64,000 nt of DNA from a virus: positions 1 through 64,000 of IMG/VR virus record IMGVR_UViG_3300020057_000029; one strand, written 5' to 3'. A model generated the notes under the pieces. It searched no databases, had not been told where the DNA came from, and saw only the letters and a list, made by a program, of their open reading frames with translations. A program made the translations under genes and the position numbers. Shown here piece after piece: positions 1-8,280 of the stretch (the first letter of the stretch is position 1; every line of letters begins with the position of its first letter).

Positions 1-568
1 CAGACAGGTTAGCCCCAGACAGGATAGCCCCAGACAGGTCAGCCCCAGACAGGATAGCCCCAGACAGGATAGCCCCAGACAGGTCAGCCCCAGTCAGGTT
101 TGTCCAAGACAGGTCAGCCCTAGTCAGGTTTGCCCTAGTCAGGTTTGCCTTGGCCAGGTTTGCCTTAGTCAGGTTTGCCCTAGTCAGGTTTGCCCCAGAC
201 AGGCTTGCCCCAGACAGGTTTGCCTCAGACAGGTCAGCCTTGGTCAGGTTTGCCTCGAACAGGTTTGCCTGAGACAGTTTTGCTTTAGCCAGGAAAGCCC
301 TAGACAGGTTTGCCCCAAGAAGGTAGGTCCCAGACAGGTTTGCCCCGCGTAGGTCAACCCCAGTCAGGTTTGCCTGAGACAGGTCAGTCCAAGACATATT
401 TGCCTCAGACAGGTTTGCCCCAGTCAGGTTTGCTAAAGTCAGGTCAACCTTAGCCAGGTTTGCCCCGCGTAGGTCAACCCCAGACAGGTTTGCCCTTTCG
501 CCACTTTCTCCACCTTTTAAAAATATAGCGTGTAGTTTAAGGATGTTATCTAAAATTTGCTTATTCAT
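1..568 (-). CDS. Pentapeptide-repeat protein (paralog 1; runs off the window edge)
   Basis: ATG at 568 after GAGGTG SD; reads MNKQILDNILKLHAIFLKGGESGERANLSGVDLRGANL...; 15-nt A[DN]Lxx repeats continue to base 1. Confidence 0.9.
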   Translation of the reverse strand, partial: MNKQILDNILKLHAIFLKGGESGERANLSGVDLRGANLAKVDLTLANLTGANLSEANMSWTDLSQANLTGVDLRGANLSGTYLLGANLSRAFLAKAKLSQANLFEANLTKADLSEANLSGASLSGANLTRANLTKANLAKANLTRANLTRADLSWTNLTGADLSGAILSGAILSGADLSGAILSGANLS

Positions 569-638
569 AGTCACCTCTTTACTATACAATGCATTGACGG
601 TGCCAAACATAACTACGTGATATCATTAGATGCTAAAC
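566..638 (-). promoter_or_regulatory. sigma54-type promoter repeat copy 1 (truncated, no enhancer part)
   Basis: TTGGCACCGTCAATGCA (606-590) is GG-N10-GC; TATCACGTAGTTA IHF-like site; SD GAGGTG. Confidence 0.75.
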
Positions 639-649
639 TTCAATACCGA

Positions 650-868
650 TTATTGTTTGGTCAATTGTTCAATGCCTAAACAGTGCCTTTTGTATAACTT
701 TTTAGCGTCAATGAAGGTATCAGCGCAATCCCAAGCAACTCTAACACCATTTTTGTGGTTATACGTTCTAACATGATAGCAATCATGCTCCATCCAAAGC
801 GTTACCCTGTAACCCTTTTTTTCTTTTTCTTGCAAGTATCCGCATGAGAGTTCATATTTTGACAGCAT
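650..868 (-). CDS. Hypothetical phage protein
   Basis: ORF with AGGGG SD in a tightly packed operon. Confidence 0.7.
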   Translation of the reverse strand: MLSKYELSCGYLQEKEKKGYRVTLWMEHDCYHVRTYNHKNGVRVAWDCADTFIDAKKLYKRHCLGIEQLTKQ

Positions 869-880
869 AATGCCCCTTTG

Positions 881-1267
881 TTAAATTAAGTTACATTCTT
901 TTTCTAAAACGGCTTCATGTTTAAAAAAAATACATTGAAAGTCTGACGTTATAACATTGCTTGCATGATACACACTAAGCCTAAAGCCAAGATCTGTTAA
1001 ATTGTACAGTTCTTTAGAATTAAACCATTTTGCAAATTGCTCAAGAGAAATAAAGCCAAAAACATGGTAGGGATCATTTCCAAGACGTGATTCCAAATGC
1101 TTATTTAGCCCATCATCATAAGGCCCAGGACAGCCCGTTTCAAAGCTGTGCGTCCTAGTTGTCCATTCGGATACCCCATGCCCTACGATAGGGAAACTCC
1201 CACAATACGGCCCTAGCCCGTTTTTTTCCACGCGATACACTGTCACACAATCTAAAAACCTAATCAT
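881..1267 (-). CDS. Hypothetical phage protein, possible ADP-ribosyltransferase-like fold
   Basis: VYRVE..GPY / FGFxS.EQ..WF pattern; GGAG SD; fold is inference. Confidence 0.6.
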   Translation of the reverse strand: MIRFLDCVTVYRVEKNGLGPYCGSFPIVGHGVSEWTTRTHSFETGCPGPYDDGLNKHLESRLGNDPYHVFGFISLEQFAKWFNSKELYNLTDLGFRLSVYHASNVITSDFQCIFFKHEAVLEKECNLI

Positions 1268-1282
1268 ATTCGCTCCCTAAAT

Positions 1283-1918
1283 TTACTTATCGGCCAGGAT
1301 AGTATCAGTCAGGATAGTATCAGTCAGGTTTGCCCCGCGAAGGTTTGTCCCGAACAGGTCAGCCCCGATCAAGTTTGCCTTGGTCAGGTCAGCCCCAAAC
1401 AGGACGGCCCAAGTCAGGTCAGCCCCGCGTAGGTTTGCCCCAGACAGGCTTGCCTGAGACAGGTTTGCCTCGAACAGGTCAGCCTTAGCCAGGTTTGCCC
1501 CGCGTAGGTTTGCCCCAGACAGGTTTGCCTTGGTCAGGTCAGCCCCAAACAGGTCAGCCTCAGACAGGTCAACCCCAGACAGGTCAGCCCTAATCAGGTT
1601 TGCCCCAGCAAGGTTTGCCCCAGTCAGGAAAGCCCCAGTCAGGTTTGCCCTGGCCAGGTCAGCCCCGAATAGGTTTGCCCCAGACAGGTTTGCTAAAGCC
1701 AGGTCAGCCTTGAACAGGAAAGCCCCAGACAGGTCAGCCTTAGTCAGGTCAGCCCCGAACAGGATAGCCCCAGTCAGGTTTGCCCCAGATAGGTTTGCTA
1801 AAGCCAGGTCAGCCCCGTAAAGGTTTGCCCCGGTCAGGTTTGCCCTTTCCCCAGCCTTTTCACCTTTTAAAAACATAGCGTGTAGTTTAAGGATGTTATC
1901 TAAAATTTGCTTTTTCAT
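1283..1918 (-). CDS. Pentapeptide-repeat protein (paralog 2)
   Basis: A[DN]Lxx repeats; ATG at 1918 after GAGGTG. Confidence 0.92.
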   Translation of the reverse strand: MKKQILDNILKLHAMFLKGEKAGERANLTGANLYGADLALANLSGANLTGAILFGADLTKADLSGAFLFKADLALANLSGANLFGADLARANLTGAFLTGANLAGANLIRADLSGVDLSEADLFGADLTKANLSGANLRGANLAKADLFEANLSQASLSGANLRGADLTWAVLFGADLTKANLIGADLFGTNLRGANLTDTILTDTILADK

Positions 1919-2013
1919 AGTCACCTCTTAACTATACAATGCATTGACGGTGCCAAACATAACTACGTGATAACATTAGATGCTAAAAAACACTTTTGTA
2001 GAACTTTTAGACA
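1916..2013 (-). promoter_or_regulatory. sigma54-type promoter repeat copy 2
   Basis: -24/-12 box 1956-1940; IHF-like site; TGTAGAACTTTTAGACA at 1997-2013. Confidence 0.8.
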
Positions 2014-2053
2014 ATCGTACAATACCTGACCACTGGCCCTGTTCTAATGAATA

Positions 2054-2080
2054 CTTCAAGCCAAGTGATTAGGCTTGAAG
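2054..2080 (-). terminator. Stem-loop after 2118..2504
   Basis: CTTCAAGCC-N9-GGCTTGAAG inverted repeat; no clear U tail. Confidence 0.5.
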
Positions 2081-2117
2081 GTACGACAATTTTGCTTTTG
2101 CAACAATCATGCCACTC

Positions 2118-2504
2118 TTATTGTTTTTTGGGTATGGTTTTGTCAATGTAGCCAGTGTAACGGTAAACCTTGCACCACTGCGAATGCTGCCTTGTATAAT
2201 CTTTAAAACCTGTTTTGTATCCGCCACAATCGCAAAGGCTTTGAGGTTTTATCGTTGGTTCATTTTTTGCATCAGTCATTGCCCAGTAATTTCTAAATTC
2301 GTCAAGGTCTATCAAAACTATAGAATCATGATTAGAATGTGTTATATTGTTGAAACGCAAGCGTACTGAAATTGCATCCATATCTAGCAATTCTGCCGTA
2401 TTTCCAGTAATCAGTTTGACATATACAGCGCCTTTAAAAGCTTTGAAAACGCCATGGATATCCGAAAATTCATAACTACCTGCAATTGAGTCAATAGTTA
2501 GCAT
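2118..2504 (-). CDS. Hypothetical protein with C-terminal CxC...HxxxC motif
   Basis: ORF coupled to the upstream gene (TAATG overlap). Confidence 0.65.
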   Translation of the reverse strand: MLTIDSIAGSYEFSDIHGVFKAFKGAVYVKLITGNTAELLDMDAISVRLRFNNITHSNHDSIVLIDLDEFRNYWAMTDAKNEPTIKPQSLCDCGGYKTGFKDYTRQHSQWCKVYRYTGYIDKTIPKKQ

Positions 2505-2953
2505 TATGCCCCCATCTCATCCATAATTTCACGCATAGAGTCAAAAACACTGTTTGCAATTTTTACGCGCTCGTAAACTTGACCTTGCATCAAATCACCT
2601 GCTGCGCCAATGGCACTATGGCCCAGTTCTCGGGCTTGCTCATCGACGTAGCCCAAACGCTCAAGATTACTTGATACCCATGCTAAAAGATCACTTGTAT
2701 AGCTATCTGCTTCAATTTCATTTATTCTGTTTTCCATACCATCGTTTTCTGACTCAGATAGCATATACAGGGCATCTAGAGCATATTCATATTTATAGTC
2801 ATCGGGAGACATTCCCTCGTGAGCCGCCTGAACCAATTCTTTTAATTCTTTAGGCGCGCTATCTTTTAAAGAATAGAAACTAGCGCCATTAATGCGTTTT
2901 TTATGCTCAAATTGTTTCAAATAATCAGCGGCTAATTCTTGTATAGTTTTCAT
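2504..2953 (-). CDS. Acidic helical protein, possible Ocr-like anti-restriction DNA mimic
   Basis: D/E-rich; EIEADSYTSDLLAWVSS resembles the T7 Ocr core; inference. Confidence 0.55.
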   Translation of the reverse strand: MKTIQELAADYLKQFEHKKRINGASFYSLKDSAPKELKELVQAAHEGMSPDDYKYEYALDALYMLSESENDGMENRINEIEADSYTSDLLAWVSSNLERLGYVDEQARELGHSAIGAAGDLMQGQVYERVKIANSVFDSMREIMDEMGA

Positions 2954-2972
2954 ATATTTCCTTTTAATTAAG

Positions 2973-3206
2973 TTAAGCAGCTTTGCTAAAATTCACTTTT
3001 AGAATATTGCTATTGTTTTGCTCTAGTTCGACCATGCATTCCACGAAACGAAGGGCATCGATTGACTCATAAAGACTAGCAAGGCGCAGCATTATTTCAC
3101 TCATTTCCCTAGTGTCGTTTTGATTGCATTGTGCTAGTTCTTTCCGCACACTTTGGATTGCTTCAAAAGTCATCTTATAGCATTGTATTTTGGCTTCAGT
3201 TTTCAT
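2973..3206 (-). CDS. Hypothetical protein
   Basis: ORF with GAGG SD. Confidence 0.65.
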   Translation of the reverse strand: MKTEAKIQCYKMTFEAIQSVRKELAQCNQNDTREMSEIMLRLASLYESIDALRFVECMVELEQNNSNILKVNFSKAA

Positions 3207-3253
3207 ATTTACCTCTTTATTAAAATAATAAGATCAATTAGATTAGTTAACTA

Positions 3254-3685
3254 TCAAAAGGTCTGTTTGATGAATTCCATTTGTTCATATAATGTTAAGG
3301 CGTTCAAAAGAACTTCAAGCTTGGCGCATTGCTTTTCAGTTGTCTTTTCACCTCTCTCATAGCAGAACCCATTAGGATTAGGCGCTAAGCCATGAGATAC
3401 AATCTCAATTTCACTTTCAGCGCAAAGGTCAAGGATATTATCAAACTTTAATTGCGTTTTGGTTAGCAAAGGTAGCCCTTCCCGCAAACGCTCAATTTCC
3501 TTTGACTTTAGCTTGCGACAAGAAACATGGTGTTTACGCATAACGCCATGAATTGCGCAATATAAATAACCTTTTGTGTCAATATAGCTGACAGTAGCCT
3601 TGCAATCCTTAAACATATCACACTTAAGCATAATTATTCTCCCATGTAAAACAATGTTTTCTTGTTCATAGTTTAGCCCTTCCAT
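3254..3685 (-). CDS. Hypothetical protein (Cys/His-containing)
   Basis: ORF overlapping the upstream gene end. Confidence 0.6.
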   Translation of the reverse strand: MEGLNYEQENIVLHGRIIMLKCDMFKDCKATVSYIDTKGYLYCAIHGVMRKHHVSCRKLKSKEIERLREGLPLLTKTQLKFDNILDLCAESEIEIVSHGLAPNPNGFCYERGEKTTEKQCAKLEVLLNALTLYEQMEFIKQTF

Positions 3686-3885
3686 ACAACTTCAAAGCCT
3701 TGTTTCAAAGCGCCTTGAACCAATGCATCAAGGATAGTGCTTGCTTTGTATTCCTTGGAATGAATACCATCGAACCATACTGTCAAAGTATCACGGCCAT
3801 AATCTATGGCCATGCTTTGAGCATTCGGCACACGTTTGGCAAATGCTCTGAGTATTTCTGTTTTGCTTTGCTCTATTTTGTTCAT
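3673..3885 (-). CDS. Hypothetical protein
   Basis: ORF with AAGGGG SD. Confidence 0.7.
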   Translation of the reverse strand: MNKIEQSKTEILRAFAKRVPNAQSMAIDYGRDTLTVWFDGIHSKEYKASTILDALVQGALKQGFEVVWKG

Positions 3886-3897
3886 ATATCCCCTTAA

Positions 3898-4038
3898 AAG
3901 TCTAGCTGCGCGGTTACTGCTAGTAGTATTCCGAATTAGTTCGGCGACTTCGCCCGCTTGCCCTTGGCCCCTATTTACAGCTTCTAGTTAACCGATATTC
4001 GTCTGACTTATCCGCTGCGTATCCTTGCCAATCACTTA
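3898..4038 (-). ncRNA. Candidate structured leader / ncRNA
   Basis: GC-rich, no long minus-strand ORF, several complementary blocks; begins at the predicted +1 of promoter copy 3. Confidence 0.4.
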
Positions 4039-4044
4039 TTAGTA

Positions 4045-4163
4045 GTAATGCATTGACAATGCCAAACATAACTACGTGATATTACTAGATGCTAAAAAAC
4101 ACTTTTGTAGAACTTTTAGACAGTACCTGATATCATTGAATAATTCAGTAGTCACCTATACAG
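4045..4163 (-). promoter_or_regulatory. sigma54-type promoter repeat copy 3
   Basis: TTGGCATTGTCAATGCA 4065-4049; UAS-like 4106-4122; second site 4147-4162. Confidence 0.8.
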
Positions 4164-4207
4164 TTATGCCACAATATCATTACCATTTTTCAATTGATCG
4201 TATGCGC

Positions 4208-4402
4208 CTATTTCCATGGCCAAAGTCTTATAGTTTCTACAGCACTATCGAAACTGTCAATGGTTTCGCGGTGAAGTATCTGACCTTCCAATGTTTTGGT
4301 CACCTCATAACCTGCATGATCTTGTTCATAATCGTATACAGCAACCAACGAAACTGTCATTCCATTGTGCTCAATTCTTCTCATTGCTCTATTTAATTGC
4401 AT
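4208..4402 (-). CDS. Hypothetical protein, possibly frameshifted (alternate frame ends at TAA 4164-4166)
   Basis: AGGAG SD; alternate frame LAMEIGAYDQLKNGNDIVA* abuts repeat copy 3. Confidence 0.6.
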   Translation of the reverse strand: MQLNRAMRRIEHNGMTVSLVAVYDYEQDHAGYEVTKTLEGQILHRETIDSFDSAVETIRLWPWK

Positions 4403-4418
4403 ATTTAACTCCTAAATG

Positions 4419-4796
4419 TTATTCTAAATAAATTTGCCCATCGCCGCCGACAATGGCGTGCTGTTCTCCAAACTTTTTGCAAGCGTCGGTTAGTTTGTCC
4501 CCAATGTCGCCAAGGCCCCTATCCCAAAAGCCTACTCCATGCCGATTACGAGTTAACCAAAAATCATGGCCCGTTTGATCGGCGCACAATCCCTCTAATA
4601 GTGCAGCATTCTGTTCTACGAACTGTTCACAATCTTTTAGCGCCTTGGCATAGGATTCAGGCGCGATATCGTCAGCGTCGTAATTTCTTTCAAGAGGTAC
4701 CCCGCCTGACTCATTTGATTCATCAAGGCTGGACCATAAAGCGCACACAATATAGTGTTGAACCATTTCGTATATAAAAGCTTCTTTATTAAGCAT
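4419..4796 (-). CDS. Conserved acidic phage protein (GHDFWLTRNxHGxGFWDR family)
   Basis: Recognisable phage motif; AGGAG SD. Confidence 0.75.
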   Translation of the reverse strand: MLNKEAFIYEMVQHYIVCALWSSLDESNESGGVPLERNYDADDIAPESYAKALKDCEQFVEQNAALLEGLCADQTGHDFWLTRNRHGVGFWDRGLGDIGDKLTDACKKFGEQHAIVGGDGQIYLE

Positions 4797-4805
4797 ATTT
4801 AACTC

Positions 4806-5027
4806 CTAAAATTGTGTATGGAAAAGGCTTGCCGCTATCCCATGCCTGTAGGTATCGACAAAAATTTCGCCATAGATATCATTAGTCAAAAGATAGCTTA
4901 TAGTAACATCGCTTTCATTGCTTGCTTGTAGGGCTAGCCTATGCGCCTCTTTCAAGCTTGAAGTTTTCACAGAATCAATTGCTTGCTTATAGGCATAGCA
5001 TTTGCGTATCCAATATGTTTTTCTCAT
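4806..5027 (-). CDS. Hypothetical protein
   Basis: ORF with GAGG SD. Confidence 0.65.
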   Translation of the reverse strand: MRKTYWIRKCYAYKQAIDSVKTSSLKEAHRLALQASNESDVTISYLLTNDIYGEIFVDTYRHGIAASLFHTQF

Positions 5028-5034
5028 ATTTCCT

Positions 5035-5226
5035 CTATTCCATCCTAATTACGTGGCATGTATAATCACCATTACCAATTGCGCTAACAGGCTTTTTGGT
5101 ATGTTTCATCAAGAAGCCCATATAATCCATTGCAGCGCTTAACGTGGCAAAAGTCAAAACTGTATCAATTGCAATGCCTTTTAGTGGACCTTTTACGATA
5201 TACTTCATAAACTTTACTTTATACAT
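5035..5226 (-). CDS. Hypothetical protein
   Basis: ORF with GAGGAG SD. Confidence 0.7.
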   Translation of the reverse strand: MYKVKFMKYIVKGPLKGIAIDTVLTFATLSAAMDYMGFLMKHTKKPVSAIGNGDYTCHVIRME

Positions 5227-5276
5227 GATATCTCCTCAATAATTGATAACTTCAAAGACTTTCATACAGTACGTAA

Positions 5277-5392
5277 TGCATTGACAGTGCCAATGCTAAG
5301 TTGTTGATAACACTAAGGCACTAAAAAACACTTTTGTAGAACTTTTAGACAGTACCTGATATCACTAGATTATTCAGTAGACACCTAGACAG
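5277..5392 (-). promoter_or_regulatory. sigma54-type promoter repeat copy 4
   Basis: TTGGCACTGTCAATGCA 5293-5277; consensus IHF site TATCAACAACTTA; UAS-like 5335-5351. Confidence 0.8.
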
Positions 5393-6100
5393 TTATTCGG
5401 CCAAAATAGTATCAGACAGTTTTGCCCCGCGTAGGTCAGCCTCAGACAGGTCAGCCCCGAACAGGTTTGCCTTAGACAGGTTTGCCTTAGACAGTTTTGC
5501 CTTAGACAGTTTTGCCCAATACAGGTTTGCCCCAGTCAGGTTTGCCCCAGACAGGTTTGCCCCAGACAGGTTTGCCCCAGTCAGGTTTGCCTTAGACAGT
5601 TTTGCCTTAGACAGTTTTGCCCAATACAGGTTTGCCCTAGTCAGGTTTGCCCCAGCAAGGTAGGTCTTAGACAGGTTTGCCCCAGACAGGTTTGCCCCGC
5701 GAAGGTTTGCCCCAGTCAGGTCAGCCCCAGACAGGTCAGCCTTGAACAGGAAAGCCCCAGACAGGTCAGCCTTGAACAGGTTTGCCCCGGTCAGGTTTGC
5801 CTGAGACAGGTCAGCCCCAGTCAGGTTTGCCTTAGACAGGTTTGCCTTAGACAGGTTTGCCCCAAGAAGGTTTGCCCCGAATAGGTTTGCCCCAGTCAGG
5901 AAAGCCTCAGACAGGCTTGCCCTAGACAGGTTTGCCCTAGTCAGGATTGCCCCGAACAGGTTTGCCCCAGTCAGGTTTGCCCCAGTCAGGTCAGCCCCAA
6001 TCAGGTTTGCCCAAGACAGGTTTGCCCTTTCCCCAGTTTCTTCATCTTTTAAAAACATAGCATGTAGTTTAAGGATGTTATCTAAAATTTGCTTTTCCAT
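5393..6100 (-). CDS. Pentapeptide-repeat protein (paralog 3)
   Basis: A[DN]Lxx repeats; same N-terminus as paralogs 1 and 2; ATG at 6100. Confidence 0.92.
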   Translation of the reverse strand: MEKQILDNILKLHAMFLKDEETGERANLSWANLIGADLTGANLTGANLFGAILTRANLSRASLSEAFLTGANLFGANLLGANLSKANLSKANLTGADLSQANLTGANLFKADLSGAFLFKADLSGADLTGANLRGANLSGANLSKTYLAGANLTRANLYWAKLSKAKLSKANLTGANLSGANLSGANLTGANLYWAKLSKAKLSKANLSKANLFGADLSEADLRGAKLSDTILAE

Positions 6101-6110
6101 AGTCACCTTT

Positions 6111-6437
6111 TCAATCCTGGTTATTCATGGCGTCGATTCTATTCATTTCATCGCTTTCTACTACGCGGAAAGTATCGGGAGAAGGGACAAGATCGCATAT
6201 TAAATGGGCTATTTCCAAGGCCTCGCGCTTGGTAGAAGCCATAACGGCATTATATCCACCATTTACCCAATTGAAAACCCATTGTTTAGGGCCTTTGCCG
6301 AAACGACGCTCAAAAGCTTCATCGGAAAGGTCAAGAATTTTACTATAGTGGCGCTCGAATTCAAAAATGGTTCCTCCCTGCTGCGAGTGAAGGGCACAAA
6401 GGCGGGAAAGACGTGTTTCGGGCATTTTCTTATTCAT
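6111..6437 (-). CDS. Hypothetical protein
   Basis: First gene after promoter copy 5; GAGGT SD. Confidence 0.7.
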   Translation of the reverse strand: MNKKMPETRLSRLCALHSQQGGTIFEFERHYSKILDLSDEAFERRFGKGPKQWVFNWVNGGYNAVMASTKREALEIAHLICDLVPSPDTFRVVESDEMNRIDAMNNQD

Positions 6438-6440
6438 ACT

Positions 6441-6574
6441 GTTACCTCTTTACTATACAATGCATTGACAATGCCAATGCTAAGTTGTTGATATCATTAG
6501 ATGCTAAAAAACACTTTTGTAGAACTTTTGGTCAGTACCCGATATCATTGAATAATTCAGTAGTCACCTATACA
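6441..6574 (-). promoter_or_regulatory. sigma54-type promoter repeat copy 5
   Basis: Box 6477-6461; IHF TATCAACAACTTA; UAS-like 6518-6534. Confidence 0.8.
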
Positions 6575-7125
6575 CTAGCATAAGAAGGATTAGCATAAGA
6601 AGGATTACCGTAATAATCACATTTAACTATAGATGGAAAGTAACCTGACTTTTCCATGTAGGCTTCGATAAGCTTATTTCGGCTTTCTACAGTCTCGTAA
6701 TCACGCTTGGAGATAAACCATTTATTACTGTCTTGGTCTAATACATCACCTTCATGATTAATCACAATGCAAGGCCCTTCGGATGTAGTGATGCAGTCAT
6801 TTTCAAAATCAATACCGATAAATTCTAAATCAAAGTATTCTTTCAGCAATTCGCGCTCTAATTTATCTTTTGTATCAATCAATAGACTAAGGTCAACCCT
6901 AATCCATGCATGGAAACTATCATCGTACGGTACAGTAGTCAATTCTCTAGAATTGCCCAATGATTCTACCATCTTGGCAATGATAGCTCTCTTGGTTTTC
7001 ATTTCCATACTGAATACCCTTATAGCCTTGTCTTTTAATTTAATCAATTCCTTTTCTTTATCGGCACTGATTGCAACCATTTGTTTTTTGATACGGTTAA
7101 GCATACGAATTTTCATTTTCCACAT
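6568..7125 (-). CDS. Hypothetical protein
   Basis: 185-aa ORF; its stop codon lies inside repeat copy 5. Confidence 0.7.
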   Translation of the reverse strand: MWKMKIRMLNRIKKQMVAISADKEKELIKLKDKAIRVFSMEMKTKRAIIAKMVESLGNSRELTTVPYDDSFHAWIRVDLSLLIDTKDKLERELLKEYFDLEFIGIDFENDCITTSEGPCIVINHEGDVLDQDSNKWFISKRDYETVESRNKLIEAYMEKSGYFPSIVKCDYYGNPSYANPSYASV

Positions 7126-7370
7126 CCATCTTGGTCTAGCTCATAGATTTTTCCGCTATCGTCCTTTTCCAACAAAAACCATGCGCCTTGCCCACATTGG
7201 TATTCTCGGTGTAAAGTTCCATCCTCTAGTAGCCAAAAATTCCAGATGCCAGGAATTCCAGACACTTTTAATCTGCTTTTTGCCTTTTTGATTGCTTCGC
7301 GTTTTGTCATCTTCAGTTTCCTTTTTGCTGCCTTGATTGCTTCTTGCTTATTCATCAATCTCTCTCTCAT
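7113..7370 (-). CDS. Basic hypothetical protein (start uncertain)
   Basis: Internal duplicated KxEAIKxAK motif. Confidence 0.55.
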   Translation of the reverse strand: MRERLMNKQEAIKAAKRKLKMTKREAIKKAKSRLKVSGIPGIWNFWLLEDGTLHREYQCGQGAWFLLEKDDSGKIYELDQDGCGK

Positions 7371-7665
7371 GGGCTTCTCTTTCTGCCATATACCAAACAA
7401 GAAGGTTCTTGCGCGTATCAATAGCGTTTAGCATATCCTTGCGCTCAAAAGTAGCAGTCAATTCATCTATGCATTCGTAGCCCATGTCAAAAGCATCACA
7501 ATTCAAGGCTTCAAATATTTCATCTTCAAATTGATCATAAAGAGTTACGCAATCAGCAGTATAGGTTATATTAGGAAAACCTGCCTCACAACCATGATTA
7601 CGGATATCTTCGGCAAAATCAATCAAATGCTTATCAAACCATTGTTTAAAAGTCTGTTTTTCCAT
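7348..7665 (-). CDS. Acidic phage protein (HGCxxG...YxxD family), possible anti-defence
   Basis: ATG at 7665 after GAGGTG; D/E-rich. Confidence 0.7.
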   Translation of the reverse strand: MEKQTFKQWFDKHLIDFAEDIRNHGCEAGFPNITYTADCVTLYDQFEDEIFEALNCDAFDMGYECIDELTATFERKDMLNAIDTRKNLLVWYMAEREAHEREIDE

Positions 7666-7803
7666 AGTCACCTCTTAACTATGTAGTGCATTGACAATGC
7701 CAAACATAACTATGTGATATCATTAAGGCACCTAAAAAACGACAATGTAGAACTTTTGGTCAGTACCCGATATCATTGAATAATTCAGTAGTCACCTAGA
7801 CAC
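7663..7803 (-). promoter_or_regulatory. sigma54-type promoter repeat copy 6
   Basis: Box 7703-7687; UAS-like 7746-7762. Confidence 0.8.
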
Positions 7804-7807
7804 TTCT

Positions 7808-7970
7808 AAGGTACAAGGTATTAGCTATAGGCACAAGGAACAGGGCATAAGGTACAAGATATTAGCTATAAGCACGGGATAGGAAGGGAATAAGGCATAA
7901 GGCATAGGGAACAAGGAATAAGGAATAGGGATAGGGAATAGGGAATAGGAATAAGGAATAAGGAATAGGT
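7808..7970. repeat. Purine-rich degenerate short repeat tract (AAGGAAT/AGGGAAT/AAGGCAT)
   Basis: About 13 GGA motifs in ~135 nt. Confidence 0.85.
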
Positions 7971-8085
7971 TACGCGACAAGAAGCGGCCTGATATCGCGC
8001 ATCTTGCTAATGGCCACTATATAAGTCAAGTAAAGCAAAATCACGTAACCATATGATAATGCTGAGATAATAGCTACGTGGTCAA

Positions 8086-8101
8086 TTGGCATAAACTTTG
8101 C
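8086..8101 (+). promoter_or_regulatory. Candidate plus-strand sigma54 promoter
   Basis: TTGGCATAAACTTTGC matches the TGGCA-N6-TTGC consensus. Confidence 0.55.
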
Positions 8102-8176
8102 CATAAGCTCAAGTCTTATATAATCGTTATGGCCAAAAAATAGCAATATAAGGCCGTTTTGTGCCCCGCGCATCTC

Positions 8177-8280
8177 ACCTGACCAAGCTTTAAACAGGCT
8201 TCACCTGACCAAGCTTTAAACAGGCTTTACCTGACCAAGCTTTAAACAGGCTTTACCTGACCAAGCTTTAAACAGGCTTT
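8177..8280. repeat. 4 x 26-bp tandem repeat ACCTGACCAAGCTTTAAACAGGCTT(T/C)
   Basis: Copies start at 8177, 8203, 8229, 8255. Confidence 0.95.

Noticed and set aside
1530-1820. Plus-strand ORF, and the many antisense ORFs inside long genes
   Set aside because: Shadow frames of pentapeptide and structural genes, without SD or motifs
7970-8173. 67-aa minus ORF, and ORFs 8965-9300 and 9331-9660
   Set aside because: No SD; they overlap regulatory DNA or the plus-strand zinc-finger remnant
8177-8280. CRISPR array
   Set aside because: Head-to-tail repeats without spacers; the same applies to 21001-21088
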